Assembly: GCA_028291945.1 (NCBI GenBank) | Contig: JAQGNH010000043.1 | Coordinates: 6,522-70,521, forward strand | Reading direction: 5' to 3' | DNA: 64,000 bases | DNA from: Betaproteobacteria bacterium | GTDB taxonomy: Bacteria; Pseudomonadota; Gammaproteobacteria; Burkholderiales; SG8-41 | Shown here: piece by piece, positions 8,875 through 19,065 of the stretch | How the letters are laid out: each line of letters begins with the position of its first letter | Numbering within the stretch: position 1 is the stretch's first letter | Program-made: the position numbers and the translations under genes | The notes under the pieces: model-generated | The model's input: only the letters and a program-made list of their open reading frames with translations | What the model was told of the DNA's origin: nothing | Database searches by the model: none

Positions 8875-9756
8875 ATGGCAAAGCTGAAGGGCAGTCTGGT
8901 TGCGATCGTAACGCCCATGCGCGATGACGGTGCGCTCGATCTGGACGCCTTCCGCGCTCTCATCGACTGGCACGTCCGCGAGGGCACCGACGCCATTGTC
9001 GTAGTCGGCACGACCGGCGAATCTCCTACAGTCGATTTCGATGAGCATCGTCTGCTGATCGACACTGCAGTCAAGCACGCGGCGAAGCGCATACCCATCA
9101 TTGCGGGCACGGGCGCGAACTCGACGCGCGAAGCGGTTGAGCTTGCGGCGCACGCGAAAAAAGCGGGTGCCGACATGAGCCTGACGGTGGTGCCTTACTA
9201 CAACAAACCGACGCAGGAAGGCTTGTACCGGCACTTCCGTGCGATCGCCGAGGCCGTCGACATCCCGCACATTCTGTATAACGTGCCTGCACGGACTGTC
9301 GCGGATCTGCACAACGACACGGTGCTGAGGCTTGCTGAGGTGCCCAATATCGTAGGCATCAAGGATGCCACGGCTGACCTGCAGCGCGGCGCCGAGCTGC
9401 TGCGTCGCAAGCCTGAGAGCTTTGCCGTCTACAGCGGTGACGACGCGACCGCACTGGGGTTGATGCTGCTCGGCTGTGATGGCGTCATTTCAGTAACCGC
9501 CAATGTTACGCCACGTCTCATGCATGATATGTCTGCTGCTGCAATCCGCGCTGACACAAAAGCCGCACGGGAGCTCAACAACAAGCTACTTGCCTTGCAT
9601 CGTGACCTGTTCTGCGAAGCAAATCCAATCCCCGTGAAATGGGCGGTGCAGCAACTCGGCCGCATTGCCGGTGGTATCCGGTTACCGCTCACGCCGCTAA
9701 CGAACCATTTTCATACTCAAGTGCGTGAAGCGATGCGCCAGGCCGGTGCCGCGTGA
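8875..9756 (+). CDS. dapA: 4-hydroxy-tetrahydrodipicolinate synthase
   Basis: 293 aa, with [10 protein letters not shown]...[14 protein letters not shown] and the overall DapA signature. bamC follows, as in many proteobacteria. Confidence 0.95.
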   Translation: MAKLKGSLVAIVTPMRDDGALDLDAFRALIDWHVREGTDAIVVVGTTGESPTVDFDEHRLLIDTAVKHAAKRIPIIAGTGANSTREAVELAAHAKKAGADMSLTVVPYYNKPTQEGLYRHFRAIAEAVDIPHILYNVPARTVADLHNDTVLRLAEVPNIVGIKDATADLQRGAELLRRKPESFAVYSGDDATALGLMLLGCDGVISVTANVTPRLMHDMSAAAIRADTKAARELNNKLLALHRDLFCEANPIPVKWAVQQLGRIAGGIRLPLTPLTNHFHTQVREAMRQAGAA

Positions 9757-9781
9757 TGCAACCGACACGAGTGGAGACATT

Positions 9782-10918
9782 ATGACCCGATATTCGATGC
9801 GGGCCGTTGCATGCCTGGTGGTGTGCTTCGCGCTTGCTGCATGTGGTGGCAACATTCAGTTGCCGAGCAAGAAAGTCGATTACAAGTCGGCGGGAAAGCT
9901 TCCGTCACTGGAGGTCCCGCCCGATCTGACGCGTCCTGCCGGCGACGATCGCTTCGTGGTGCCGGACACCTCGCGTGGAGCCGCAACGTATTCCGCATAC
10001 CAGCGCGAGCGTGATGGTCGCTCCGAAGGGATCAGCTCGACCACGGTCCTGCCCCCACAGGAGGGTATTCGCGTAGAGCGCGCCGGCACTCAGCGCTGGC
10101 TCATCGTCAAAGGCGAACCTGAACAGCTGTGGCCCGTCGTGAAGGATTTCTGGCAGGAGACCGGGTTTCTCGTGAACATCGACATGCCAGAAGCTGGCGT
10201 GATGGAGACTGACTGGGCGGAGAACCGCTCCCGTGTGCCGGACGGATTTATCCGCAACACGCTGGGCAAGCTGCTGGACAGCGTGTACTCGACTTCGGAG
10301 CGGGACAAGTTTCGCACCCGGCTGGAACGCGGCTCGCAGAGCGGCACAACCGAGATTTACATCAGCCACCGCGGCATGGAAGAGGTGTACACGTCGGTGC
10401 AAAAGGATGACACGAAGTGGCAGCCGCGGCCGCCGAATCCGGAGCTTGAAGCCGAAATGCTTCGACGTCTGATGGTGCGGCTGGGCGTCCAGGAAGCGCG
10501 CGCGAAAACCGACATCGCCTCTGCTGCCAGCGCGCCGCAGCGGGCGGTGCTGCAGAAAGGACAGGACGGTTCGGCTCTGGCGCTCAACGAGCAGTTCGAC
10601 CGTGCATGGCGACGCGTCGGGCTTGCGCTCGATCGGGTCGGCTTCACTGTGGAAGACCGGGATCGCTCTAAAGGCCTCTACTACGTCCGCTATATCGATC
10701 CGGAAGTCGACAACAAGAGCGCGGAGAAAAAGGGCTGGTTGTCGAAGTTCAAATTCTGGGGCAGCAGCCCTGAGAAGCAGAAAAAAGAGCAGTACCGCGT
10801 CCTTGTGAGAGACGAAGGCGAGCGGGCCGAGGTGAACGTGCTCAACAAGGAAGGCGGCAAAGAGCAGTCGCCGACTGCGAATAGGATATTGACGCTGCTG
10901 TACGATCAGCTTAAGTAG
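9782..10918 (+). CDS. bamC: Outer-membrane protein assembly factor BamC (lipoprotein)
   Basis: The ATG at 9782 gives MTRYSMRAVACLVVCFALAACGG, a lipobox, followed by LPSLEVPPDLTRP. It sits immediately downstream of dapA. Confidence 0.75.
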   Translation: MTRYSMRAVACLVVCFALAACGGNIQLPSKKVDYKSAGKLPSLEVPPDLTRPAGDDRFVVPDTSRGAATYSAYQRERDGRSEGISSTTVLPPQEGIRVERAGTQRWLIVKGEPEQLWPVVKDFWQETGFLVNIDMPEAGVMETDWAENRSRVPDGFIRNTLGKLLDSVYSTSERDKFRTRLERGSQSGTTEIYISHRGMEEVYTSVQKDDTKWQPRPPNPELEAEMLRRLMVRLGVQEARAKTDIASAASAPQRAVLQKGQDGSALALNEQFDRAWRRVGLALDRVGFTVEDRDRSKGLYYVRYIDPEVDNKSAEKKGWLSKFKFWGSSPEKQKKEQYRVLVRDEGERAEVNVLNKEGGKEQSPTANRILTLLYDQLK

Positions 10919-10920
10919 CC

Positions 10921-11123
10921 GTGAGCTGTGAGCTGTGAGCCGTAAGGGGTAAGGGGTAAGCCCGTGGGACGTCAGGCGTGACGCGGAAGCCGCGCGTAGT
11001 AAGCGGGTGAGCCGGAATCGGTTAGTGGCAAAAGGGGAGAGGGTGCGCCGGATAGAACCGGAGGAACAGGTCGCGCGAGGGCTTTATACGGCTCACGGCT
11101 CACGGCTTACGACTCACGAATCG
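10921..11123. repeat. Inverted-repeat spacer element with tandem-heptamer arms (GTGAGCY/GTAAGSS ... CGGCTCA/CGACTCA)
   Basis: The left arm is six heptamers at 10921-10962 (gtgagct x2, gtgagcc, gtaaggg x2, gtaagcc). The right arm is five heptamers at 11089-11123 (cggctca x2, cggctta, cgactca, cgaatcg), imperfectly complementary. It fills the bamC-MBL spacer. Confidence 0.85.
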
Positions 11124-11134
11124 AGTGCATTGTG

Positions 11135-11902
11135 ATGCGCTTCGCATCCCTCGGCAGCGGCAGCGAGGGCAACGGCCTGATTGTCGAGTGCGGCGAAACG
11201 CGCGTGCTTGTCGACTGCGGCTTCAAGCTGAAGGAAACGATTCGACGGCTCGCCCGTCTCGGACTCGAGCCTTGCGATCTCGCGGCCGTTCTCGTGACGC
11301 ACGAACACGACGATCATGGGGGCGGAGTTGCCCGTCTGGCTCGCCGTTATGATTTACCGGTGTATCTCACGTACGGGACGCTCGTCGCGCTCGGGCCGCG
11401 AAGCTCGATGATGCCGCGCGTGAGCGTCATCGATAGCCATACGCCTTTTCTGATCGGCGACCTGGAGATCCATCCCTACCCGGTGCCGCACGATGCACGA
11501 GAACCGTCGCAGTTCGTGTTCAGCGATGGCGATCGGCGGCTGGGTCTGCTCACCGACACGGGTGACTCAACGCCTCATATCCAGCGGATGCTCTCCGGCA
11601 TCGACGCGCTGGTGCTCGAGTGCAATCATGATCTCGATCTGCTGATGAACGGGCCGTACCCGCCATCACTGAAGCGGCGAATCTCCGGCCGGCTGGGGCA
11701 TCTCGACAACGGAACGGCTGCGCGCATCGTGGCGGGGATCGATTGCAGCCGCCTTCAGCACTTCATTGCCGCGCACCTTTCTGCCCAGAACAACACCCCG
11801 GAGCTTGCTCGTGCAGCCATGTCCGATGCCTTGAAATGTGAACCTGCATGGGTTTGTGTGGCGACGCAAAGTGAGGGCCTGGACTGGCGGCACATCGCCT
11901 GA
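11135..11902 (+). CDS. MBL-fold metallo-hydrolase
   Basis: The HEHDDHGGG (HxHxDH) motif is present. The ORF opens GTG-ATG at 11132/11135. Confidence 0.85.
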   Translation: MRFASLGSGSEGNGLIVECGETRVLVDCGFKLKETIRRLARLGLEPCDLAAVLVTHEHDDHGGGVARLARRYDLPVYLTYGTLVALGPRSSMMPRVSVIDSHTPFLIGDLEIHPYPVPHDAREPSQFVFSDGDRRLGLLTDTGDSTPHIQRMLSGIDALVLECNHDLDLLMNGPYPPSLKRRISGRLGHLDNGTAARIVAGIDCSRLQHFIAAHLSAQNNTPELARAAMSDALKCEPAWVCVATQSEGLDWRHIA

Positions 11903-11983
11903 GTCTGCAATGTTGCTTCCTGCTTAAGGCAAGCCATTTTGGCCACGGCTTGTGCGGCTATCGCCGCTGAATTGCCGTGACAT

Positions 11984-12015
11984 AAAAAAGCCGGCTCGAT
12001 GAGCCGGCTTTTTTC
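11984..12015. terminator. Bidirectional rho-independent terminator
   Basis: aaaaaagccggctc-gat-gagccggctttttt: a 9-bp GC stem flanked by an A-run and a T-run, lying between convergent genes. Confidence 0.75.
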
Positions 12016-12026
12016 TGAGCTGAAAC

Positions 12027-12356
12027 TTACTTCTTGGTGTCGTCAGGCTTGGACTCGCTCGGCGAAGCGGGTGTCGATCCCATAGGCGTGCTGGGGCTTG
12101 AGCTCGAGGAACTGCCCATGCCGGAGCTTGAGCTTGAGCTGGAGCCGCTGGACATGCCGCTGCTGGTGGAGCCGGTCCCCGACGTCGTCGAATCGGAGCC
12201 GGGCGCGGGTGTGGGAGTGGGTGCAGTCGAGGACGACGACGAAGACGATGGCGCGCTGGGTGAGGGCGCCGGAGCAGGCGTCACTACTTTCTCTTCTTTC
12301 TTACAGGCCGTAAGGCCGATCGCCAGAATCGCGACGAGCAGGAGCGAGCGTTTCAT
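12027..12356 (-). CDS. Ser/Thr/Pro-rich low-complexity lipoprotein
   Basis: MKRSLLLVAILAIGLTAC is a lipobox, followed by SSSSSS/GMSSGSSSS low-complexity sequence. A paralogue-like gene lies at 38591..38992. Confidence 0.6.
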   Translation of the reverse strand: MKRSLLLVAILAIGLTACKKEEKVVTPAPAPSPSAPSSSSSSSTAPTPTPAPGSDSTTSGTGSTSSGMSSGSSSSSSSGMGSSSSSSPSTPMGSTPASPSESKPDDTKK

Positions 12357-12501
12357 GATTTTTCCTTTAGCAGAACATCACACGGAGTTAACAAGGCGAA
12401 CGGTTGGTCGCAAGCTGCGTTGCCGGCAGCTTACGCAATCGTCATGAACATTTTACCAGCTTCGCCGTAAATCGTGCTTACTTCCATCTTACACGAGCGG
12501 G

Positions 12502-13008
12502 TCACAGACCTGCCACGCTTGCAGGAGAGTACGGGGTAGACGCGTCCCACAGCTCGCTGTATCGCTCGAGCAACTGCTGTGTCCCGTCGATTTCGTTCAG
12601 CCCGCGCGCGTAGCGCATGTGCTCGTAATGAAACCGATGCAGGTAATGGCTGGCGTCGAATACGACGAACGCGTCGTAAAGATGTCGCCCCGCACGCGGG
12701 GTCTGTCTGATTTTGGCCGAATGGCCGAACCGTTGCAGAACGCCGACAAAACGCGGGCACAGACGCTCGATCGTGTTCGTTTCGTGTAAGACGATAAAGA
12801 GCCGGTTGAGGGGGTCGGCCCGCAAGAATTCGCGCAAGAGCTCGCATCGCGCAGGCGCGTTGTAGCTGGTCGAGAGCGACTTGTCGAAAATCCGGATAAC
12901 ACGCTGCGTGGTCGGAATGAGCGCGTCGAGCATGGCTTCGTACTGTCGACCGCTTTCGAAGCGTTCGTACTGTGTGTGCGGAAGAGCAGGGTGCGGATCT
13001 GGGCTCAT
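12502..13008 (-). CDS. Conserved hypothetical protein
   Basis: The codon usage looks coding. I chose the ATG at 13008 (MSPDPHP) because the longer ORF starts with TTG. I recognised no domain. Confidence 0.5.
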   Translation of the reverse strand: MSPDPHPALPHTQYERFESGRQYEAMLDALIPTTQRVIRIFDKSLSTSYNAPARCELLREFLRADPLNRLFIVLHETNTIERLCPRFVGVLQRFGHSAKIRQTPRAGRHLYDAFVVFDASHYLHRFHYEHMRYARGLNEIDGTQQLLERYSELWDASTPYSPASVAGL

Positions 13009-13094
13009 GTTCGATATCCGACGTAATGATGGCAAATGGTGACCCGTAAACTATCACCGGCCGCGGTCGTTTTTCTCATTCGTCGTTTCACGGC

Positions 13095-14252
13095 TCATGA
13101 TTCCTGCATTCGTCTTTCGCCACTCGACTTCCGGGGATGAAGCGTGATGTATCCGGCGCGATACCAGTCATAGAGGAGGCGCCGCGTCCTGGTATCGGTA
13201 CGAAGGGGCGGCGCAAGCTCTCGCGCGTCTGCGAGTGTGCTAAGCAGGCGAGCGGATGCCGGTCCGCAGGAGTATGACTCTCCGTTGATGAATATTCGCC
13301 TGCCGTACGTCAGCATGCGGGTGCGCAGGTTCAGCTTCAAACCTTTGCGCGTGGCCCGTTTTGCGAAGTCTTCAGGCGTGAACGTGCGTGACGGCCGATC
13401 GAACACCACCTGCATCTTCGGTTCCGTCAGATCGCGCCCGACGAATTCGACGACATCGGTTTCACTCCAGCGCAATTGTTGAAGCATTGATGATGTGCGA
13501 GTGATCATCGCAGGGGGAATCGTTCCCGGCGTACGCGTCGCTTTGAGATCCGGATCCGCGTACATCCCGCGGAGTGCCATCCGGTCCTGTAAAAATTCGA
13601 GAAAACGCGAACCGAGCTCGTGCGCGCTCGGGGCACGAAAACCGATCGAATACGTGATGCAGTCACCGATGCTGACGCCGTTATGCGCCCATGCCGGCGG
13701 CAGATAGAGGAGATCGCCTGGTTCAAGCACCCATTCGCGCTGTGGCCGGAAGTTGCGCAAGATCTTGACTGGAGAATCGTCAACGAGCTCGAGATCGCGT
13801 TGGTGGCTCACCTGCCATCGCCTTGCACCCTGTCCTTGTACCAGAAACACATCGTAACTGTCGAAGTGCGGTCCTACACCGCCGCCCGGCGCCGCGTAGC
13901 TCACCATCACGTCGTCCAGTCTCGCATACGGGATGAAGGCGAACTCGCGAAGCAGGCGCGCTGCTTGCGGGAGCACCTGGTCCACGCTTTGCACGAGCAG
14001 TGTCCAACCGGACCGCGGCAGCCGCGCGATGGCGCTGCGCTTGAACGGCCCATGCTGCACCTTCCAGCAACCGCTGATCTGTCTGATGATCCGAGATTCG
14101 ACATCGCTACGCCCGGCCAACGCTACCAGATCGTCCCGAGTGACCGCATTCGTGTATTCTGGAAGGGCGGTACGCGCAAGCAGCGGTTTTTTTTGCCAGT
14201 GCTGCCGCATGAACTCGCTACGTGTCAAACGGGGGAAAAGTTTTTTTTGCAT
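13095..14252 (-). CDS. Cupin/JmjC-domain protein (ribosomal protein oxygenase RoxA/YcfD-like)
   Basis: FMRQHWQKKPLL lies near the N-terminus and HFDSYDVFLVQGQGARRW is the Fe(II)/2OG cupin core. The start is ambiguous: ATG at 14252 or GTG at 14303. Confidence 0.7.
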   Translation of the reverse strand: MQKKLFPRLTRSEFMRQHWQKKPLLARTALPEYTNAVTRDDLVALAGRSDVESRIIRQISGCWKVQHGPFKRSAIARLPRSGWTLLVQSVDQVLPQAARLLREFAFIPYARLDDVMVSYAAPGGGVGPHFDSYDVFLVQGQGARRWQVSHQRDLELVDDSPVKILRNFRPQREWVLEPGDLLYLPPAWAHNGVSIGDCITYSIGFRAPSAHELGSRFLEFLQDRMALRGMYADPDLKATRTPGTIPPAMITRTSSMLQQLRWSETDVVEFVGRDLTEPKMQVVFDRPSRTFTPEDFAKRATRKGLKLNLRTRMLTYGRRIFINGESYSCGPASARLLSTLADARELAPPLRTDTRTRRLLYDWYRAGYITLHPRKSSGERRMQES

Positions 14253-14335
14253 CAAAACGATTATATCGAGGCCCGGTTCTTGACCCGCGGCGCGTTTGTT
14301 CACACAATGCAGTTACAGTTTTAGGGAGGCTCGAC

Positions 14336-14842
14336 GTGGAGCTCGTGCGAGGCGAAGAGCGAGTCAAACTGCAAGCGGGGCAACCGGCGCCGTCGTTCGA
14401 TCTGCCGGATGCAGACCTCAACATCGTGACTCTTGACGAGTTCAAGAATCATCGCATCGTCGTTCTCTATTTTTATCCGCGTGACGATACACCCGGCTGC
14501 ACTCTGGAGGCACTCGAGTTCAGCGAGCTCGAAGACGACTTCACACGCCTGCAAACAGTCGTGCTCGGTGTGAGCCTCGATGACTGCATGTCCCACGGCG
14601 CTTTTCGCGACAAGCACGGTCTTTGCGTGCAACTGCTCGCGGACCCTGACGGCGAAGTCTGCCAGCGGTACGGGGTACTTCAGGAGAAGGAACTGGAAGG
14701 CCGTAAGAAGACAGGTGTGGTGCGCTCGACGTTCATCATCGACCGCAGCGGCCTGCTCAGGCATGCGCTCTATGGTGTGAGCCCGCGAGGGCACGCCACG
14801 GAAGTGCTCGATATGGTCAGAGGTCTAGGCAAATGCAAATAG
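14336..14842 (+). CDS. bcp: Thioredoxin-dependent peroxiredoxin Bcp
   Basis: YFYPRDDTPGCTLEA is the peroxidatic Cys motif. The GTG at 14336 is preceded by GGGAGG. Confidence 0.85.
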   Translation: MELVRGEERVKLQAGQPAPSFDLPDADLNIVTLDEFKNHRIVVLYFYPRDDTPGCTLEALEFSELEDDFTRLQTVVLGVSLDDCMSHGAFRDKHGLCVQLLADPDGEVCQRYGVLQEKELEGRKKTGVVRSTFIIDRSGLLRHALYGVSPRGHATEVLDMVRGLGKCK

Positions 14843-15315
14843 CAAAGAACACAGTCGTAAAGCTGAAGTACCAGCTTTACGGCACCGACGGCGAGCTCAT
14901 CGAACAGACCGAAGAGCCCGTTGAGTATCTGCACGGCGGTTATGGCAATATGTTCCCAGCCGTCGAGAAAGCGCTCGAAGGCAAGGCTATCGGTGAGACG
15001 TGCCGCGTCAAGCTGGAGCCCGACGACGGCTTCGGTGACTACGACGCGGAGCTTGTCCACATCGAGCCGCGCGACAAGTTTCCGGGGACTGTAGAAGTCG
15101 GCATGCAGTTCGAAGGCAGCGGCCAGGAAACCGGTGACACGATCGTGTACACCGTTACTGACGTTGCCGAAGGCAAAGTCGTTGTAGACGGCAATCACCC
15201 GCTTGCCGGACAGACATTGCATTTCGAATGTACGATTGCGGATGTGCGTCCAGCGAGCGAAGAGGAACTGTCGCACGGGCACGTGCACGGCGAGCACGAG
15301 CATCACCACCACTGA
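14833..15315 (+). CDS. slyD: FKBP-type peptidyl-prolyl isomerase SlyD with a His-rich tail
   Basis: MQIAKNTVVKLKYQLY...DGNHPLAGQTLHF, with the C-terminus SHGHVHGEHEHHHH. Confidence 0.9.
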   Translation: MQIAKNTVVKLKYQLYGTDGELIEQTEEPVEYLHGGYGNMFPAVEKALEGKAIGETCRVKLEPDDGFGDYDAELVHIEPRDKFPGTVEVGMQFEGSGQETGDTIVYTVTDVAEGKVVVDGNHPLAGQTLHFECTIADVRPASEEELSHGHVHGEHEHHHH

Positions 15316-15349
15316 CATTCGTCAGTGGTCGGCGTCCTGACTGCTGACG

Positions 15350-16288
15350 CTAACGTCGTTCGTCCGACATGAGCTGGCTCCCGGGTACGACGCTGAAGCG
15401 CGCGCGTCCATTGTCGGTGTTCGCTGTAACGTAAATCCAGTTGATGAACGGACTGCCGTAGACTTCCAGCCGCGTCACGTTTTCAATGTGACGGCCCGAT
15501 CGAGGATCGACGAGCGGCCGATCGAAGCGGAACCAGTGCGTGTCGCCATGGATGACGAGCACTTCTCCGGGGTACCGCTGCGCTTCCTCGGCGAGCGCCG
15601 CAAGGATATCCGAGTAACCCCTGCTTCCGGTCCACAGATTACCTTGCATGGCTAACACCAATGCCGGCAGCTTGCGATCGCCTGCAATCCTGAACGCTTC
15701 GTGCATCCACTGCAGTAGCGCGGGGGTGCGTCGACCCGCTTCCTCGGGCATGTCTTTGCGATGATTATCCGGACCTGGAACGTTGAGGGTGGCGAAAAGC
15801 ACGTCTTCCACCATCCACCGCATGTGCTCGGGATAGCCTCTCGCCGTCTGGCGCTCTGCCTTCAGGCTGCGCTGGCCCATGCTCGCATCCTGCGAGAAAA
15901 AAAGCTCGCGCAGCTTTGCGAGTCGCTCGAGCGGCGCACGCCGGCCCCATGCCGTCCGCCCACAATCTGTCCATTCGTTGTCGCCCGGCGTATAGAAGAA
16001 AGGATGATGCGATAGCCCGAACCATTCGCGGCGCTGTTTGAACAATTCATCGCTGCATGCAGTGAGCGAATCCTTGAAGTCGCCGACGTGGAGAGCGAAT
16101 GCGAGACGCTGGTGATTCATTTCAGCCATCATCGTTACGAACTGCGGCTCTTCTTCGCGGTTGTAGGGCGTGTCGCCGAGGGCCGCGAACGAGAATTGCG
16201 CGGCGTTCGCCGCTGCGCACAATGCAAGCGTCAGTACGAAAGCGCCAAGCAGATCGAGCGGGTTGGTGCATCGAAGGCGGGAGGTCAC
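15350..16288 (-). CDS. Secreted metallophosphoesterase
   Basis: It has a signal peptide, then ALGDTPY, HVGDF and GDNEW, which are calcineurin-like phosphoesterase motifs. Confidence 0.75.
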   Translation of the reverse strand: MTSRLRCTNPLDLLGAFVLTLALCAAANAAQFSFAALGDTPYNREEEPQFVTMMAEMNHQRLAFALHVGDFKDSLTACSDELFKQRREWFGLSHHPFFYTPGDNEWTDCGRTAWGRRAPLERLAKLRELFFSQDASMGQRSLKAERQTARGYPEHMRWMVEDVLFATLNVPGPDNHRKDMPEEAGRRTPALLQWMHEAFRIAGDRKLPALVLAMQGNLWTGSRGYSDILAALAEEAQRYPGEVLVIHGDTHWFRFDRPLVDPRSGRHIENVTRLEVYGSPFINWIYVTANTDNGRARFSVVPGSQLMSDERR

Positions 16289-16347
16289 GAGGTCTCGTAA
16301 TTCGTCTTGGTGATAGAGGCGGCAGCGAATGTCAGCGCGTCAGCGAG

Positions 16348-18936
16348 TTACTCGTCCAGTTTCTGGCGCAGCCGATACAGCAAATCGAGCGCTTCTCGCG
16401 GCGTCATGGCATCGGGATCGGCGGATCTGAGCAACTCGAGCGAAGGATGCTGTGACGGTTCGGGCGGCACCGGTGCGTCGGGTGCGAAAAGGTCGCGCTG
16501 CGGGCTCGCGTTGAAACCCCGCTCCTCGAGCTCTGCGAGTCTGCGCCGCGCCGCACGGATCACAGTACCCGGAACGCCTGCAAGCTGTGCGACCTGCAGA
16601 CCGTAGCTGCGGCTCGCAGGACCCTCTTCGAGAGCATGGAGAAATACGATGCGGTCCTTGTGCTCGACTGCGTCGAGGTGGACGTTCGCCACTTGCTCGA
16701 ATTCTTTGGCGAGAGCCGTCAACTCGAAGTAGTGCGTTGCAAACAACGTATGGCAGCGGCTTTTTTCCACGAGATGCCGCGCTATGGCCCACGCGAGCGC
16801 GAGCCCATCGTAAGTCGATGTGCCGCGGCCGATCTCGTCCATGAGCACCAGGCTCTCCGGCGTGGCGTGATGCAGGATGTAGGCTGCTTCCGTCATTTCC
16901 ACCATGAATGTGGAGCGTCCGCCGGCCAGATCATCGGCAGCCCCGATCCTCGTGAATATCTGATCGAGTGGTCCGAGTCTGGCGCTTTTTGCGGGCACGT
17001 ACGATCCGCAGTGGGCGAGGAGCGCGATCAGAGCGGTCTGTCGCATGTAGGTCGATTTGCCGCCCATGTTAGGACCTGTGACGAGCAGCATCTGTCGCCG
17101 CGCTGAAAGGCGCACGTCGTTAGCGATGAAGTTGTCGACCTGCGCTTCGACCACAGGGTGCCGGCCCGCGTTGATCTCGATCAGCGGCTCGTCCACGAAT
17201 TCGGGGGCGCTCCAGTCGAGCGAGGATGCACGTTCGGCAAACGCCGCAAGGGCGTCGCATTCAGCCATCGCGGCGCCGATTCGCTGAAGCGTGGCCAGGT
17301 GCGGCGCCAGCTGATCAAGAAGCTTCTCGTAAAGATGTTTCTCGCGCGCGAGCGCACGCTCCTGAGCCGACAGCGCCTTGTCTTCGAATGCCTTGAGCTC
17401 GGGGGTGATATAGCGCTCGGCATTCTTGAGCGTCTGTCGGCGTCGATAATCATCCGGCACTTTTTCAGTCTGCGCGCGCGTGACTTCGATGTAGAAGCCA
17501 TGCACGCGGTTATATTCGACTTTCAGGTTTGCGATGCCACTGCGCTGTCGCTCACGCGCTTCGAGATCCAGCAGGAACTGGCCGCAGTTGTTCTGAATCG
17601 AGCGCAGCTCGTCGAGCTCTGTGTCGTAACCGTCGGCGATCACGCCGCCCTCGCGTACGACCGCGGCCGGCTCCGGGCGTATCGAACATCCAAGGACGCT
17701 TACGATATCGCCGTGGGTGTCGAGTGCTGCTGCGAGCTCGCGCAAACGGCTGCTTGTCGTACCGGCGAGCGCGGATGCGAGATCCGGCAACCGCTTGAGC
17801 GTGTCACACAAACCCGAAAGATCACGCGGCCGCGCGGATTTGAGCGCGATACGTGCAGTGATGCGCTCCACATCGACACAACCCTTGAGTGTGGTTTTCG
17901 CTCGAGCTTGCATGCCGGTAACCAGAAAGGCTGCGAGCGCATCGAGCCTCGCGCGCAGGAGGTTGCGATCGCGCAGCGGATGATGCAGCGCGTGACGCAG
18001 CCAGCGGCTACCCATGCCTGTTGCGCACGTGTCCATGAGCGAAAACAGTGTCGGCTCAGGCTCGCCACGGATGGTTTCCGATATCTCGAGATTGCGCCGC
18101 GTCGCGGGATCCATGCGCACGTATGCGCCGGAATGTTCGACTCGCAACGCTTTCACGTGCGCGATCGCGGTGCCCTGAGTCATCCTCACGAACTCGAGCA
18201 GAGCGCCCGCAGCCGCTATTCCGACGGGGTGATCTGTCGCGCCGAAACCCGAGAGATCCAGCGTCTCGAACTGTCGGCAGAGTGCGCGGCGGGCGGCATC
18301 ACTGTCGAAGTGCCATGCGGCGAGTGTCCTGTTCGTGCTGCCGCTGTTCAGCTCCGGCCACACAGTGTTCTCCGCAATCAGCACTTCAGACGGGCGCAAT
18401 CGCTCGAGCTCGTTCGCAAGACTTCCGGGAAGCGTCTCCATGATCGTGAAGCGACCAGAGGCGAGTGACAGCCACGCGAGGCCGAGCGTGGTGCGGCTGC
18501 GATGCAGCGCGAGTAGCAGGTTGTCGCGCTTTTCATCGAGCAGCGCGGAATCCGTGAGCGTGCCGGGCGTGACGATACGCATGACCTTGCGTTCGACGGG
18601 GCCTTTCGACGTGTTCGGGTCGCCGATCTGCTCGCAGATCGCAACCGATTCGCCGAGCTTCACAAGCTTCGCGAGATATTGCTCGACCGCGTGATAAGGC
18701 ACTCCCGCCATCTTGATCCGTTCGCCTGCCGAGGCGCCGCGTGTCGTCAGCGTGATGTCGAGCAGGCGCGCGGCGCGTTCCGCGTCGTCGAAGAAAAGCT
18801 CGTAGAAGTCGCCCATGCGATAGAAGAGGAGCATGTCCGGATGCTCCGCTTTGATGCGCAGGAACTGCTGCATCATGGGCGTATGCGCCGATGGTTCGGG
18901 CAACTGCGTGCTGTCGTGCGGTGTATTCACTTGCAT
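16348..18936 (-). CDS. mutS: DNA mismatch repair protein MutS
   Basis: The ATG at 18936 gives [52 protein letters not shown]. The Walker A motif GPNMGGKST is present. Confidence 0.95.
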   Translation of the reverse strand: MQVNTPHDSTQLPEPSAHTPMMQQFLRIKAEHPDMLLFYRMGDFYELFFDDAERAARLLDITLTTRGASAGERIKMAGVPYHAVEQYLAKLVKLGESVAICEQIGDPNTSKGPVERKVMRIVTPGTLTDSALLDEKRDNLLLALHRSRTTLGLAWLSLASGRFTIMETLPGSLANELERLRPSEVLIAENTVWPELNSGSTNRTLAAWHFDSDAARRALCRQFETLDLSGFGATDHPVGIAAAGALLEFVRMTQGTAIAHVKALRVEHSGAYVRMDPATRRNLEISETIRGEPEPTLFSLMDTCATGMGSRWLRHALHHPLRDRNLLRARLDALAAFLVTGMQARAKTTLKGCVDVERITARIALKSARPRDLSGLCDTLKRLPDLASALAGTTSSRLRELAAALDTHGDIVSVLGCSIRPEPAAVVREGGVIADGYDTELDELRSIQNNCGQFLLDLEARERQRSGIANLKVEYNRVHGFYIEVTRAQTEKVPDDYRRRQTLKNAERYITPELKAFEDKALSAQERALAREKHLYEKLLDQLAPHLATLQRIGAAMAECDALAAFAERASSLDWSAPEFVDEPLIEINAGRHPVVEAQVDNFIANDVRLSARRQMLLVTGPNMGGKSTYMRQTALIALLAHCGSYVPAKSARLGPLDQIFTRIGAADDLAGGRSTFMVEMTEAAYILHHATPESLVLMDEIGRGTSTYDGLALAWAIARHLVEKSRCHTLFATHYFELTALAKEFEQVANVHLDAVEHKDRIVFLHALEEGPASRSYGLQVAQLAGVPGTVIRAARRRLAELEERGFNASPQRDLFAPDAPVPPEPSQHPSLELLRSADPDAMTPREALDLLYRLRQKLDE

Positions 18937-19065
18937 GGCTTTTCGTGACCGCCGAATTATCGCTGATATGTACGCAGCGGACGAGGCTTTCCGATCCACG
19001 AGGACGGTTGGCCTGCAGCGCGCTGGTGCTACACTTTCCATCGAATCGCTATCAGGGAGAACAAT

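Noticed and set aside
15316-15349. A hairpin cactgac-attc-gtcagtg, followed by ctgactgctgacgc after slyD, considered as another member of the tandem-unit element family.
   Set aside because: There is only one short stem and two GTCAG/CTGAC-like units. The 34-nt spacer is too small to tell from an ordinary terminator-like hairpin. It may be a degenerate relative.
17158-18468. A 436-aa plus-strand ORF opposite mutS. Similar cases are 1597..2913 opposite the acyl-CoA synthetase, 30458..31423 opposite sufC, and 47499..49023 opposite ispF/thpR.
   Set aside because: All overlap strongly supported genes on the other strand and have a biased Arg/Ala/His-rich composition without motifs.
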